Source: Hemiscyllium ocellatum (lineage: Eukaryota). Taken from it: 64,000 nucleotides of DNA. Of the stretch, positions 26,000-37,065 are shown piece by piece. How positions within the stretch are numbered: the first letter of the stretch is position 1; the number at the start of each line of letters is the position of its first letter. Under the pieces are notes generated by a model that did no database searches, was not told the origin of the DNA, and was given only the letters and a program-made list of their open reading frames with translations. The DNA is taken from NCBI RefSeq assembly GCF_020745735.1, contig NW_026867509.1:1488001-1552000 (forward strand), given 5' to 3'. The translations under genes were made by a program, and so were the position numbers.

Positions 26000-26860
26000 C
26001 CTTTACTACATCTTAATGATCGTTTTTTGGCTTCCTTCTCTCTTGCTCACTAATGGCGGATTAATTCCACATATGCATTGAACATCTCTTTGCCTCAATG
26101 TTGAGACATTGGGCTGTTGTACTATCTCCTTTACTGAGATTTAAAACTGCTCTCACTTTGAAATTTTCTTCTGTCTTTCTCACAGAATATTTTCCCCCTA
26201 TACACCTCTCTCTCTTCCTCTACATATTGCCATATGCTTCTGCTTCTCTCAATGGCTTTTTGTCAGTCACTCTCAGTCTCTATGTTTCTCGTGTTCTCTA
26301 CCCTTGAATGCTACATTTTTACTCCAATTCACAGGTGTCTATATGTTTCTCCATGAGCCTCCTCTTTTATTTTTCATCCTACAATTTGTCGTCATTCTCT
26401 CCGTGTTTCCTTCCCTATCTCCTTTAAAATGAATACATTTATGCCTCGCTCTCTCTATCCATCCACAATGTTCTACGCCCTCATAATTCTGCTTCTGCTC
26501 TCTCTCTCGCTCTCTCTGTCTTTCTCTCTCTCTCTGTTTCTCTCCATTGTCTCTCTCTGTCTGTGTCTCTGTACTATCTCTCTCCCAATTGTTCTATCTC
26601 GGTTTTCTTTATCTCGCTATTTCTGTTTCTGGTTGTGTTCCACTCATTTTCTACGTCTTTCTTTGTGTCTCGCTTCTGTATCTGTATTTCTGACTCTTCT
26701 TCCACTCCCTTACCCTCTCCCTTGCTCCACTTCCCTTTCTGTTTGATTCCCCTTTTATATTCCCCATTGTTTCCCACTACAATTTTTTTAGCAGTGTATG
26801 TATCATTCTATTTATCGCTTTTGCTTTTTCTTTCTATAGTTATTTGAGCCTTCATTTCTC
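26000..26860 (+). repeat. Pyrimidine-rich (CT) low-complexity tract
   Basis: Long CT/TC-rich runs. The hydrophobic ORFs here are compositional artefacts. Confidence 0.7.
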
Positions 26861-28422
26861 TTCCACATCAAACCGTGATGTTTCTGTAGCTGGTTCTTCT
26901 CTTTCTCTCCACATTTGGCTCTGTGAAGATGTGCAGAGTCTGTACAGCTCTTCTGTTTGGTTGCTCCTTTTCTTTAATGTGCAACATTGTGTCACGTGGT
27001 GCGACAGCCGAACATTGCCTCGTATACACAGAAAACATAGCAGATGCATCTTCTGACTACTGCAAGATCTTTTATTTTTAATTAGAGTTGTATTTTAAGA
27101 CATTAATTAATGCAAGTTTGAGGGTCAAAGTTAACACTTTTATGATACAAAGGGTTAATTGGAATCATCAAAGTGGATTGTTTTGGAAATTTCAAACAGC
27201 ATTGCTCAGCCGTGTTCTGTTTCCATTAAATATCTTCTTCGCTGCATAAATACAATGGGAAATGAAGAAGGAAAATTACAGTTATGCTTGCACCTGAGAC
27301 ATTGAGGTCCTAAGTAAATTACAGAGAACAACAGATTTCTTTTCCTGCACAACATTCTGAATCAAGTGGAATTTATCCCGATCTAGTTCTCCATTCAAAA
27401 TACTAGCAGTAATTTCAGAAGTCTATTCGATTAGCTAAACTCAGAATAATACATTGCCAAGCAAAATTCAGTTTACGGAACCAGATTGTTAATCCAGAAC
27501 GAACGGATTTTTGACCTAGTACACAGCATTGATATTAACGAAGTGGGACCTGCTATAAAGTCGACTTCGGAGCTTCGGTTTCTCATAATATGAGTGAAAT
27601 AGTCTGGCCTGCAAAATCTCTAAATTGAAGTTTTTCGGAATTGTTTTCTTAAATAATTAGACCTCATGATTATGCTTTATTCCTGTATTTATAATATTTA
27701 CTCCCGATAGGCAGAAACGCGGAAAAAATATTGACTTCAAAATTAAACCTAATTTTCCTCCTTTGAACTTAAACTTTCGTCCATGTCTGTCATTTCATGT
27801 TGGTTTAAGAAAGTGAAATCAGGAAAACCGCGTTGATATTCTGGTCTTATCAGACTGCAAAAAGAATATATATCTATGACTCTATGATACAGATAAGAAC
27901 TTGACTCACACTCTTTCTGGATACTAAGAATTTCGGTGTAGAAGATTCCATTTTCATTTTAAATCAGAGATGGAATTGAATTTTTCCATTCAAGAAGCAA
28001 TTACTAGTATTTGGATTGGGGGAATTGGATGAATTGGAATTTTTACACATTCTACTTAGACCGACATTAAAATGAGATTTGTGTTCAGACACAGTACATA
28101 ATTGTGATGTGGAGAGCTTATGCGATTGAGAGAGGAACAAGAGTACTAAAGAGACTGCAAATCCGTAGATACAGAGAAAGACAGCATATGGAGATACGGA
28201 AACAACCAGAAAACGTCATTTGTCTGCGATCAACAGTGATTGGTATTCAAACTTCGTCAGCACTGAGCGTTCAACCAATACTGTGTCGTAGGAAACACTT
28301 CTTTTTTTCTCCCTCTGGAGTGAAGTGTGTGCCTGATCTGAGTTCACTATTTCACATCGGATTGGAGTTCTCAACATATTTTATAGATGCTGCTACAGTT
28401 CTGCAAATGTGGAAGAAGTAAA

Positions 28423-28855
28423 ATGTGCCTCCCATTTTCTTTCTTAACGATATTGGTCGTACTGTGTGGTGAGTCTATGTTGTAATGTACAGCAGTTCTT
28501 TCAAGAGTTATATTCCCGTCCAGACATTTGATAGATTGTTCCTTTTTACAGCGACCAAAGGGGAAGATGCTGTATTCCAAGATCCACATGAATTAATTGT
28601 CCTGGAACGACAGAACGTAGCATTAAATTGCAGTTACTCGACATCTTCTTTTCGAACTGTGTTCTGGTACATTCAGTATCCTGAGGACGTTCTGAGATAT
28701 GTCGCAAAAGTGTATTCCACGGGAAACACAGAAATATCTGAAGATTTGCAGGACAGATTTTCTGTTGTTCTGTACAAACAAAGAGAAACAGTTACTCTAA
28801 CCATCTCTCCAGTTCTCCTCTCCGATAGCGCCGTGTATTTCTGTGCCATGGAGCC
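28423..28855 (+). CDS. Intact TCR alpha/delta-type V gene segment (leader 28423-28468, V exon 28552-28855)
   Basis: Leader MCLPFSFLTILVVLC G|GTGAGT and acceptor TTTTTACAG. The open V exon has NVALNCSY, FWYIQYP and DRFSV...LTISPVLLSDSAVYFCAMEP. Confidence 0.95.
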
Positions 28856-28893
28856 CACACTGCTGCAGACATCGCTGCCCCTGCACAAAAACC
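28856..28893 (+). other. RSS with 22-bp spacer
   Basis: CACACTG, a 22-nt spacer, then consensus ACAAAAACC. Confidence 0.92.
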
Positions 28894-30864
28894 TACCCTG
28901 AGAGTTCTGATTTATGTCCACCTGAGGGAGCTCTCACAAAAATAAACTGAAACAATAATCCATCCAAAAGAGAGACACAGATTCACTCATGAAATATGAA
29001 AACACAGTAAAACATTCAATAATAAGATGTAAGGAAAACAAGAGAAATGATGATTCTTTGTAATTTAACTTGCAAGTGTCAAAAAATGAAGTTTATGATT
29101 TGATATGTGGTGCACTCTGAAGATGTTGCACATTTGAAAAGGTAATGTTGTCCTTGTTTTTTTTTGTTGGAGGGGTCGTAAAGGCAGCGGTTCTGAAAAG
29201 TCGGGAGGCATCTGCCAGCAAAAGGATTTAAGCCTTGTTTTTAATATTTTAAAAATTGTACATTGAAAGGGAGCAGACCAGTTCTTGTAGTTTAGGATTT
29301 GATTTGGTTTGGTTTTAGCAAAAAGTCAGTTTGAGGCTGCCTGTCAAAGAAACAGTCCCATGCTGATGCTCTCTCTCTGACATCTCTCCTGTGAGAATCT
29401 GATCGTTTTGACGTGTTTTTTGCAAGAGAGTCTTTATGCGGATGTTGCAAACATTTGGAATAGCATCATTAACTTACAAGAGTGACTATTAGGGTTTCTA
29501 ATAAGTTCAGTTAGTCTAAATTCCGTTCTTTCTCTTCGTGTTTCATTCATTAGTCTGCAAATAAATCCTGCTTTGTTTAAAAATACGTGGTTGGGCAAAC
29601 TGCGTGGAATATCCACTTACACTTGCTTACAACAACTAGAAAGTTTAGGGTGTGGGCTGCCTTCTTGAAAAGTTTTGCGAGGGGTTTGGCATGGTCCATT
29701 AAAAACATTAAACTATATTCAGCTATTTTATCAACTTTGTAAATTTGAAAATTTACTATGTGCCTCTTTCTCTTTGTCTGCTCTCTGAAACAGACACCGT
29801 TGAATGCAGACAGATTACTTGATGAGAACGACTCTGGTTGAGGAACGTGTACCCAAAAAGGAACACATTCAATAAGGTAGAAATTTGAAATTTTCAGAGT
29901 CGATGGCAAACTCGCCACGATTCTGTTTGCTTTTCTGAGGTCTGTTCAGCGTTATCTTATGACAATCAAGAACCAATGTTAGTTTTAAAAATGACTGTTC
30001 AATTGCTGCAAGCCCATTGCGACGATTTACGCATTTCTATTATCCAGGCATTCACGGCGATTGGTCTTAGTCTTGTTCATTTGTTGATATGTTTCAAAAC
30101 ATTATTTTGAACGCAATAACGTTTGCCAAGAGCATCCAGTATTATGATTGAAGACTTTTTAGGGTGCATTTAAAGAGATATTTTTCAAGCTCATATCTCG
30201 TGCTGAACAATAGCGTCACTGCAGCCCTCGCTTACTTCCATTATACAGCGAGAGGGGAATGTTAGGTGGTGGAGGATGGCGTGTGCAATGCAATGTCTTA
30301 TAGCTGATTCGAAAAAAAAATCTCGTTTCGAAATGATGATCTCAGTCTGAATTGCAAACACGGGTCTTATTTTATTTCTGTTTTTGATCTGAATGAAAGC
30401 CGTTTTCAGACTCAACTAAAGATGTCTTCAAATGCTAACACGGGAGGAGGAATTATTGTTTCAGCTTCGCTGATGCCATTACTTGGATTTCCAATATGCC
30501 TTCTGCTAAGCAATGATTTCAGTCGAGCTGTGCTCACAAAACAGATAATCCTTGGCTGTGCATTGCATTCCAGATGCAATTCGATTGGTCAACGTGTTTG
30601 ATTTTAGGCAATTGCACACTTTATTATTACACTGCAGTGAAAAAACAGACAGTATAAGAGAAAAAAGAAATGGTTTGACTGTTACTCTATCGAAATGATG
30701 AATTAACTTTTCTGATATCATCACATCCCTTTCATAGCATCATAACATTTGACTTTCAAATTAACCTGTTGGGCTAAAATCTTGTATTTTGTTAGTTTAA
30801 TTTTGCCCACTCCAGCACAGCACTGGCACCTTGACATCGTGGTGAGAGAAAAAAAAATCAACTT

Positions 30865-30886
30865 GCAGGAATTCCACTAGAGGGCA
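30865..30886 (+). promoter_or_regulatory. CTCF-like motif with upstream module
   Basis: TGCAG-GAATT-CCACTAGAGGGCA: core at 30874-30886 preceded by the TGCAG upstream motif. Confidence 0.6.
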
Positions 30887-31204
30887 ATGCGTGTCTGTGG
30901 TAATGATTGAACTTGCAGGGTTGGAGCCAGAGTGTACTTGCAGACAGAAAGCACATATTCGAGTGAAACATTTGGCACTGAGAGGGAAACGGAAAGAAAC
31001 AGTTACTTCCTTAATTCCGAGAAGAAGTTGGCTCGAAGTGAGTCTTGAAGAAGATTTTTTTTGTTAACATTAAATATTTATCTCCTGGACCGAAAAGGAT
31101 CTTCTCTGGACAAGTTATTAATTCCACGTTTCATGTAATTTGGTAATGTTTCCAATTTACACAGTCCTTTTGTTGGTTCCCACACAGTCCTTTTGTTGGT
31201 TCCC

Positions 31205-31496
31205 ACACTGAACTCCACGGAAGTGATTGTGGAATTTCAAGTGCTACCACCTCCTCGGAGGCAATTGTTAATGAAGCCAGAACCACATTCTCAAACTCCT
31301 CCACAACGATGGCATTTATTACGGTGCATTGGTACAACTGGCTACCCAATGAGTGACCCCAGTATCATGTGACGGCCACAAGGGAAGCTGATTAACACAA
31401 AGTATCAGCTCCTCAACCAGTGAAGGCTGCAAAGTACATTGAATGTGAGCGATGCCAAACCTAGTGATACCAGCACATATCTCTGTGCTACTAATG
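31205..31496 (+). pseudogene. TCR V segment pseudogene
   Basis: Reads ITVHWYNWLPNE*PQYHV, then after a frameshift STLNVSDAKPSDTSTYLCATN. Stop at 31354. The first Cys is lost and a 23-bp tandem duplication (31159-31204) lies at the acceptor region. Confidence 0.82.
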
Positions 31497-31535
31497 CACA
31501 GTGTTGCAAACAGATAAATCATCTCAGCATAAACT
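31497..31535 (+). other. 23-RSS
   Basis: CACAGTG, a 23-nt spacer, then GCATAAACT. Confidence 0.88.
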
Positions 31536-34230
31536 TACACCAAAGGGGAGGACCACAATGCTGAGTTTGAAGTATCAATGTTACGAATTCACATCTCCAC
31601 ATTACAAAGATTAGGCGGAGTGAAAACGAAAATATTAAGTATGCAGGTGCAAATATAAAGAAGTCAGAAGTGAAAAGAATTGGAAATGTTCACGGAGATG
31701 ATGCTAGACAATAAATGAAAAACTACAGTAATGCTGGACACAAATATAACTGGCAGAAATACAGCAAAATATTCTGCAAAGACTAGATTGATGAGAAAAC
31801 ATTTGAAGAGAAATGGATGAATGTGAAACTTCGCGAGTGTGATGCACAGATATGATCAGAATAAACCATAACTTAATAAAATGTGAAGGAAGTGGCCTTC
31901 CCTTTGACATGACTCACATTTTACTAATAAATACACAGTCCAATTGTTTCTAAAATGATGCACAAAAACCTATCGATAACACCTATTCTTATGTGTTTTC
32001 ATTTTCTGATTGACAGCATTTGTGAGATCGCAGAATCCATGGATCAGTTCAAGGATTTCTTACTGTCCTAAAATCAATATATCGTTCTCTTCTCGTAAAA
32101 AGCGTTGTGCATTCTCCCCACATGCCTTCACACTGGTGTTATGTCACCTGTAACTTTGGCAGGAGTACATTCATTTCCATCAGGTTTTGAATGCTGTCTT
32201 AATGTGTATCTCTGCTATCTTTCTCAATTTCCTTCATGTCTGGAGAGACACTCTATTATATATCTATTTAAAGTTCCTTTGTGCCATTTTGGCGCCGCTA
32301 GAGAATGGGCCATTCAGCGGTAAAAGTCCTTGAAAATGTGACAGTGAGCCGTCTTCTACAGGTACTATAGAAAAACTGTTATCAGTACAGTAGTTACATT
32401 TGCAATGGCACAAAGTAAATGTATAACAAATTCATTTCCGAAGTATCTTACTAATAGATGTTGGAAAAATAAAACCCTCCACCGTTAAGCCATTAAGAAT
32501 GTAATTGTTTATCCATCTCATCACTGAGCCTAAATCCCTCAGATCCAGTGACCCTCCGCAGGGTCTGGAGGGAACTGTCATATTCAGAAATCAACTTTGT
32601 CAACGGGGACTCCAGGTCTAATGTTCGAGTAACATGAACTGTGTTCTTTCTTTGACTGTAAAAAGAAAACAATTAAATGTGAACATCGGTTTAATCTTCC
32701 TATGAAACCCTGTTGTCCGCTCATTGGAAAAATGAACTCGTTGTCCCTTTCTCCTGGTCCATATGAATTGATCATTTTTTGCTCAAAGGATTGACTCCAA
32801 CCTTGAAAACAAGCCACCGACCATCAATTCGACTTCATGATGTTCCTTTATACTGGCATGTGTTCTATTCGCAGGAGCAATCCTGGACAAGTATTTACAG
32901 CTCCCATTAAAAATATTCCATGACATTTCGATTTGCCAAATTCACTGGCTGTTTCCGCCTCATGATGTTGTCTCCTTTTTGAGCTTCAGGTCCCTCAATG
33001 CCATTAATTCCACATCCATGAATCACTTACAGAAAGTGACAAGGAAATACCTTGTCCGTCACAGGTGCATAATTAATCAAAGCCAAACACAACGACAAAT
33101 TGAGTCTGATTTATCACTGTGGATAAAATAAGCAAAACATCTCATATACATTGCATCTCGAATTCTTGAGTTAAAAATAAAATCAAATGAAAGAGAAGAC
33201 TTTCAGATTTATTACAGCCCAGGCTGTCTGTATTCACCCATTATCGGTTTATTTTATCTAATCAGCAGAATGTGAGTTTGTTCTCAGGAAGACCGACGTT
33301 TCGTGCGAAAATGACACATCGCCAACCAAATGTCAGTGATAACAGTTCCTAGCTCCGAAACAAATGATATCAAACTAATCTAAGCCAATATTTTGTTTTT
33401 CTTTTTCTGTCTTAATCGATATTCTGTAAATTTCAGAGTGACAAACAAGTGCCCAGGAAACAGAGCATCGTCGACTTATGCAATGACCTCAGCGACATTC
33501 GTTCTTGGTGAGTAATTATACGCTTAAGAAAAGGGTTCAATCTCTCTATTTCTCGGTGTGATCCAAATCAGACCTATTTTCAGTAAGTATTAGACACTTG
33601 TTCCTTTGCACATGAGGAATTGGAAACAAATTTTCTCTATGTCTTAGCAGCAAGACCAAAGGGAAACGAATCATAAAAATGTGTGATTAGGGATAATAGC
33701 TTTGGAATTGTAAAATCCAATTGTATGACACTTAGTTTCTCTAATAAGGATAAGACTGTTGAAAGTTTTTGGCGAGTTTAACATAGAGGCAATGTTTCAG
33801 CTGAATGAGGACTTTAAAACGACGAGTCATAGTCTAAGATGTAAAAATATGATCGAATAGAAATGTTCAGGAAATTCTGCTTTTGCTTTCGCACATAGAA
33901 CTCGCTGGATTCAGGTTTAGTTGAGTCAGGCCATAAAATCATCAAGGGGGACTCATTTAAACAGATTATGAATGATGGACATGCAAATAAAATTAGACCA
34001 AGGGGGAAGCTGGATTCTCTTATTGACTGGATTCAATTATTCTGAAGTAGATTTTATGTTAAAAGAAAATAGGAAGCGCTGAGAAAACTCCACATGTTTG
34101 ATATCATCTTGGAAGTAAAACAGAATTTTCGCAGTTTCGGATCCAGTAACCCTTCTTCACATCTGAGGTTTCCAGCATCCAGAGTTTTATTTTTGATTTA
34201 CGCTGGAATTCCTATTTAATTTTGCGTCAA

Positions 34231-34597
34231 ATGGAATGCGACATTTTTGCCATCAGTTCGCATTTCTAACTGTATGTTAAATCAAATATTTCCGCTTTCT
34301 TTAACCTTGTGTTCCAGATCTGAGCAATGGAGATTCCGTTACTCAGTGGGAGCACACACTCACACAGAGAGAGGGAGAAAATTCCACTTTAAGCTGCAGA
34401 AACACCAGCAATGCTTATTCCCTGTTCTGGTACCATCAGTAACTGAGCAGGCTGCCCGAATTTTCAGTCTGGAGACTGGAAAGCTACAGTGCTGAATTTA
34501 AGACGAATTTATCCCAGAAATCTGACACTTTGTTTTGATTGATCGTCTCAGAGCTGATGCTATCTGACACCGCGGACCATCACTGTGCAAGGAACCT
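34231..34597 (+). pseudogene. TCR alpha-type V segment pseudogene
   Basis: After acceptor GTTCCAG (34317) it reads LSNGDSVTQWEHTLTQREGENSTLSCRNTSNAYSLFWYHQ*LSRLPEF...*LIVSELMLSDTADHHCARN in one frame. Stops occur at 34440 and 34536. The leader near 34231-34271 is decayed. Confidence 0.88.
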
Positions 34598-34636
34598 ATC
34601 AGTGAGGGGAACCAGCGAAAGCTTTGTGCAATAACA
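34598..34636 (+). other. Inactivated 23-RSS
   Basis: ATCAGTG (CAC lost), a 23-nt spacer, then GCAATAACA. Confidence 0.65.
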
Positions 34637-35620
34637 GCGGCAAGATTCTGGGTCACAGCTGTTGCCTGGCGAGGGCCGTGTGCAACAGCGTGTTGCACAT
34701 TGTTGTTTCAGTAGATGTATGAACGGGAAGACCTTCAGTATAGTTCACATAAACATATTTTTGATATTTTCATATCGGTTACTGATGCTGTCACTGACTG
34801 TATAGTGGAGCTCAAGTATGCTGTTTTATTGGCAATTTCTGTGAAGTTGCAACTGGAATGAAGCAAGAAAATGCTTCTGGTAGACTATAACGAGATATGT
34901 CCTCGCTTGGCAGTTTCAGAAAGATCATACTGCAAAGGAACTGATTGTTTTCATTTGAAATATCATTTTGTAGCGAAAACTGAAGCCTGTCCAGTGAAAC
35001 ATTTAATAATTGCAATATCCTGTTTGCAAGTCTCATCATATTCAACATAAAAACTCATATTAATTCCAACTCTCCATAACATTAGCAGGCGCAACGAGAT
35101 GGTTAGTGATATGAAGTTCGAAGCAATGAACAATATAACTACAAAAATAAGATGTCATACATAAATATTGAACATTAGGTTCCGGAATGGCTCCCAGAAG
35201 ATTGCAAAATAGCCTGATGAGAAAGGCTGAATTGCAAATATGTTTTAAATATTGATGAAATTGCTTTTGTAAATCTATGCATACCAGATAAGGTTGTTTC
35301 ACCTCCAATGTCCGCAGTATTGATTAATCGTTGCCTTATATTCTGTTGCATGCACCTTCTTTATTGATCGGACTATTTTTGACAATCATTGTATTTACAA
35401 TGACTTTAATTGTCAGAAGAGTTTACATTCATTATTGACGTACTTGCATTTTATTCAAAATGTGTTCAACATCAAATGAGGACAGCATGCCTTCCCTAGT
35501 GCTGTCGCCTTGTAAATTGCTTTGGCTCATTTGAATACAGTGAAATCCAGTATAAATTTAGAAGTAAATGTTACTCCCGAATGTACGAACCATAATTGGC
35601 ACGTCATTCCATTGCAGCGG

Positions 35621-35659
35621 TGTTTATGTACGAGGCTCCCTCTTCTTCCAGTCAATGTG
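35621..35659 (-). other. 23-RSS
   Basis: CACATTG, a 23-nt spacer, then ACATAAACA. Confidence 0.85.
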
Positions 35660-36163
35660 TCTTTCAGCGCACAGTAATACACCGCGCTTTCAGACAGTTG
35701 GAGACTCCTGATGGTGAAATTTCCCTCCTTGTTTGAAATGTCCAGAGATGCAGAGAATCGATCACCAATATCTTTCGCTCTCATGACCTCTCCATATGTA
35801 GGGATGTAGATCAAGAATATCGGAGGTGTACCTGGATCTTGGCGGTACAACTGTAGGGAATATTGAGCACCTGCAATTGTATAGCTGAAATGAATAGTCA
35901 CAGAATCTGCTTCGAGCTGTGCTACTGTAACCAGCTTTTGTGAGACATGGTCTGCACAATTAACACCTCCAGAAATTTAGAAAAAACTATTCAAATGACG
36001 ATTATAATAACTATTTACAAATTAAGAATATATATTTTAGCACTGTGAAACACAAATAAAGAGAATATTGCTAATCACATGACGCATCCGTTTTACAACT
36101 CGACAACATACCACTTAAGAGAACTGCTACTGTTCGGAATGATGAATAAATGAGAAGTGACAT
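35660..36163 (-). CDS. Open-frame TCR V segment lacking Cys23 and Trp41 (leader 36163-36112, V exon 35966-35660)
   Basis: Leader MSLLIYSSFRTVAVLLS G|GTATGT. The V exon reads VNCADHVSQKLVTVAQLEADSVTIHFSYTIAGAQYSLQLYRQDPGTPPIFLIY...DRFSASLDISNKEGNFTIRSLQLSESAVYYCALKD with no stops. The acceptor TTCTGGAG has an atypical -3 G. Confidence 0.88.
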
Positions 36164-36918
36164 GGTTGTGAGCGAATAGTGGATTTAAGCAGAGAGAGCT
36201 AGAGTTGAATTGTATCAGCTCATAGATAATTGAGTGTTTGAACAGAAGAAACAGAAGCTGAACAGTTTTAAATCGAAATAGTGAAAATGTAATATCCGGA
36301 TAGGGTGAGGATTGTTTCATATCTGGCACAGACACCATGTGACATATAATCAGCTGAGAATCCTTTTGTTCTGCAGACAATACGAACAGAGAGTTAGTCG
36401 CCTGACGCACCATGCGATTTGTAGTATGTCTTTTGGCTCTTGAAAATTGCTGTGCCATTCATTATTACAACGTTTGGTCGACAGTTCATCCACAATTCTG
36501 CCTCATTTCTAAGTCCGCTTACCAGTGAGATCACAACTCTACCGCCATCATTCGGAAAGAAACCGAGAAATGACGACTCTCTGGCGTACAACAAAATAAT
36601 GAGGCATTCAGCAACTCTAACCCTGGTCCTTTGTCCTGGTCCTTTGAAGTGTAAAACTTTGCGTTGGGCTAGTGACGTGTAATATTGCATGTTTTTGCTG
36701 TTTCATATTGGAGTCTGTCCTGCATAGAGTTTTGTCATGAATAATACACACAACAGCTATAAAGTAATATTTTAATTTAACACACGCAGAAAGAGACCTC
36801 GGAAAAACTGGCCTTTCTAATTTTTGAATATATTGACCATTCACAATGGAGATCAGAGATCCGAATGTATGAAGGGGTGGAGGTGGGAATCTCTTGTTGT
36901 TTCACTGAACCTCGATAA

Positions 36919-37065
36919 CACTGTGGGTAGCAGTTTGTAATATTGCGTGGCTGATTCAAAGACAATTACCCCAGAGATAATTATTGCAACTCATTTCTTG
37001 TTCTCGTTCAAATTGGAGAAAGCTTCTCTGCAGACTTACCTCGTATTTCCCAATCGAATCTCCTC
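36919..37065 (-). pseudogene. 3' fragment of a V segment, truncated next to a CR1 element
   Basis: IIISGVIVFESATQYYKLLP aligns residue for residue with LTISPVLLSDSAVYFCAMEP of the 28.5 kb V and ends at a perfect CACAGTG (36919-36925). Confidence 0.55.

Noticed and set aside
26429-26847. Hydrophobic or charged ORFs in the CT-rich tract
   Set aside because: Low-complexity artefacts.
26955-27070. Minus-strand CACAATG-23-ACCAAACAG with NVRLS upstream
   Set aside because: No Cys and no coherent V frame.
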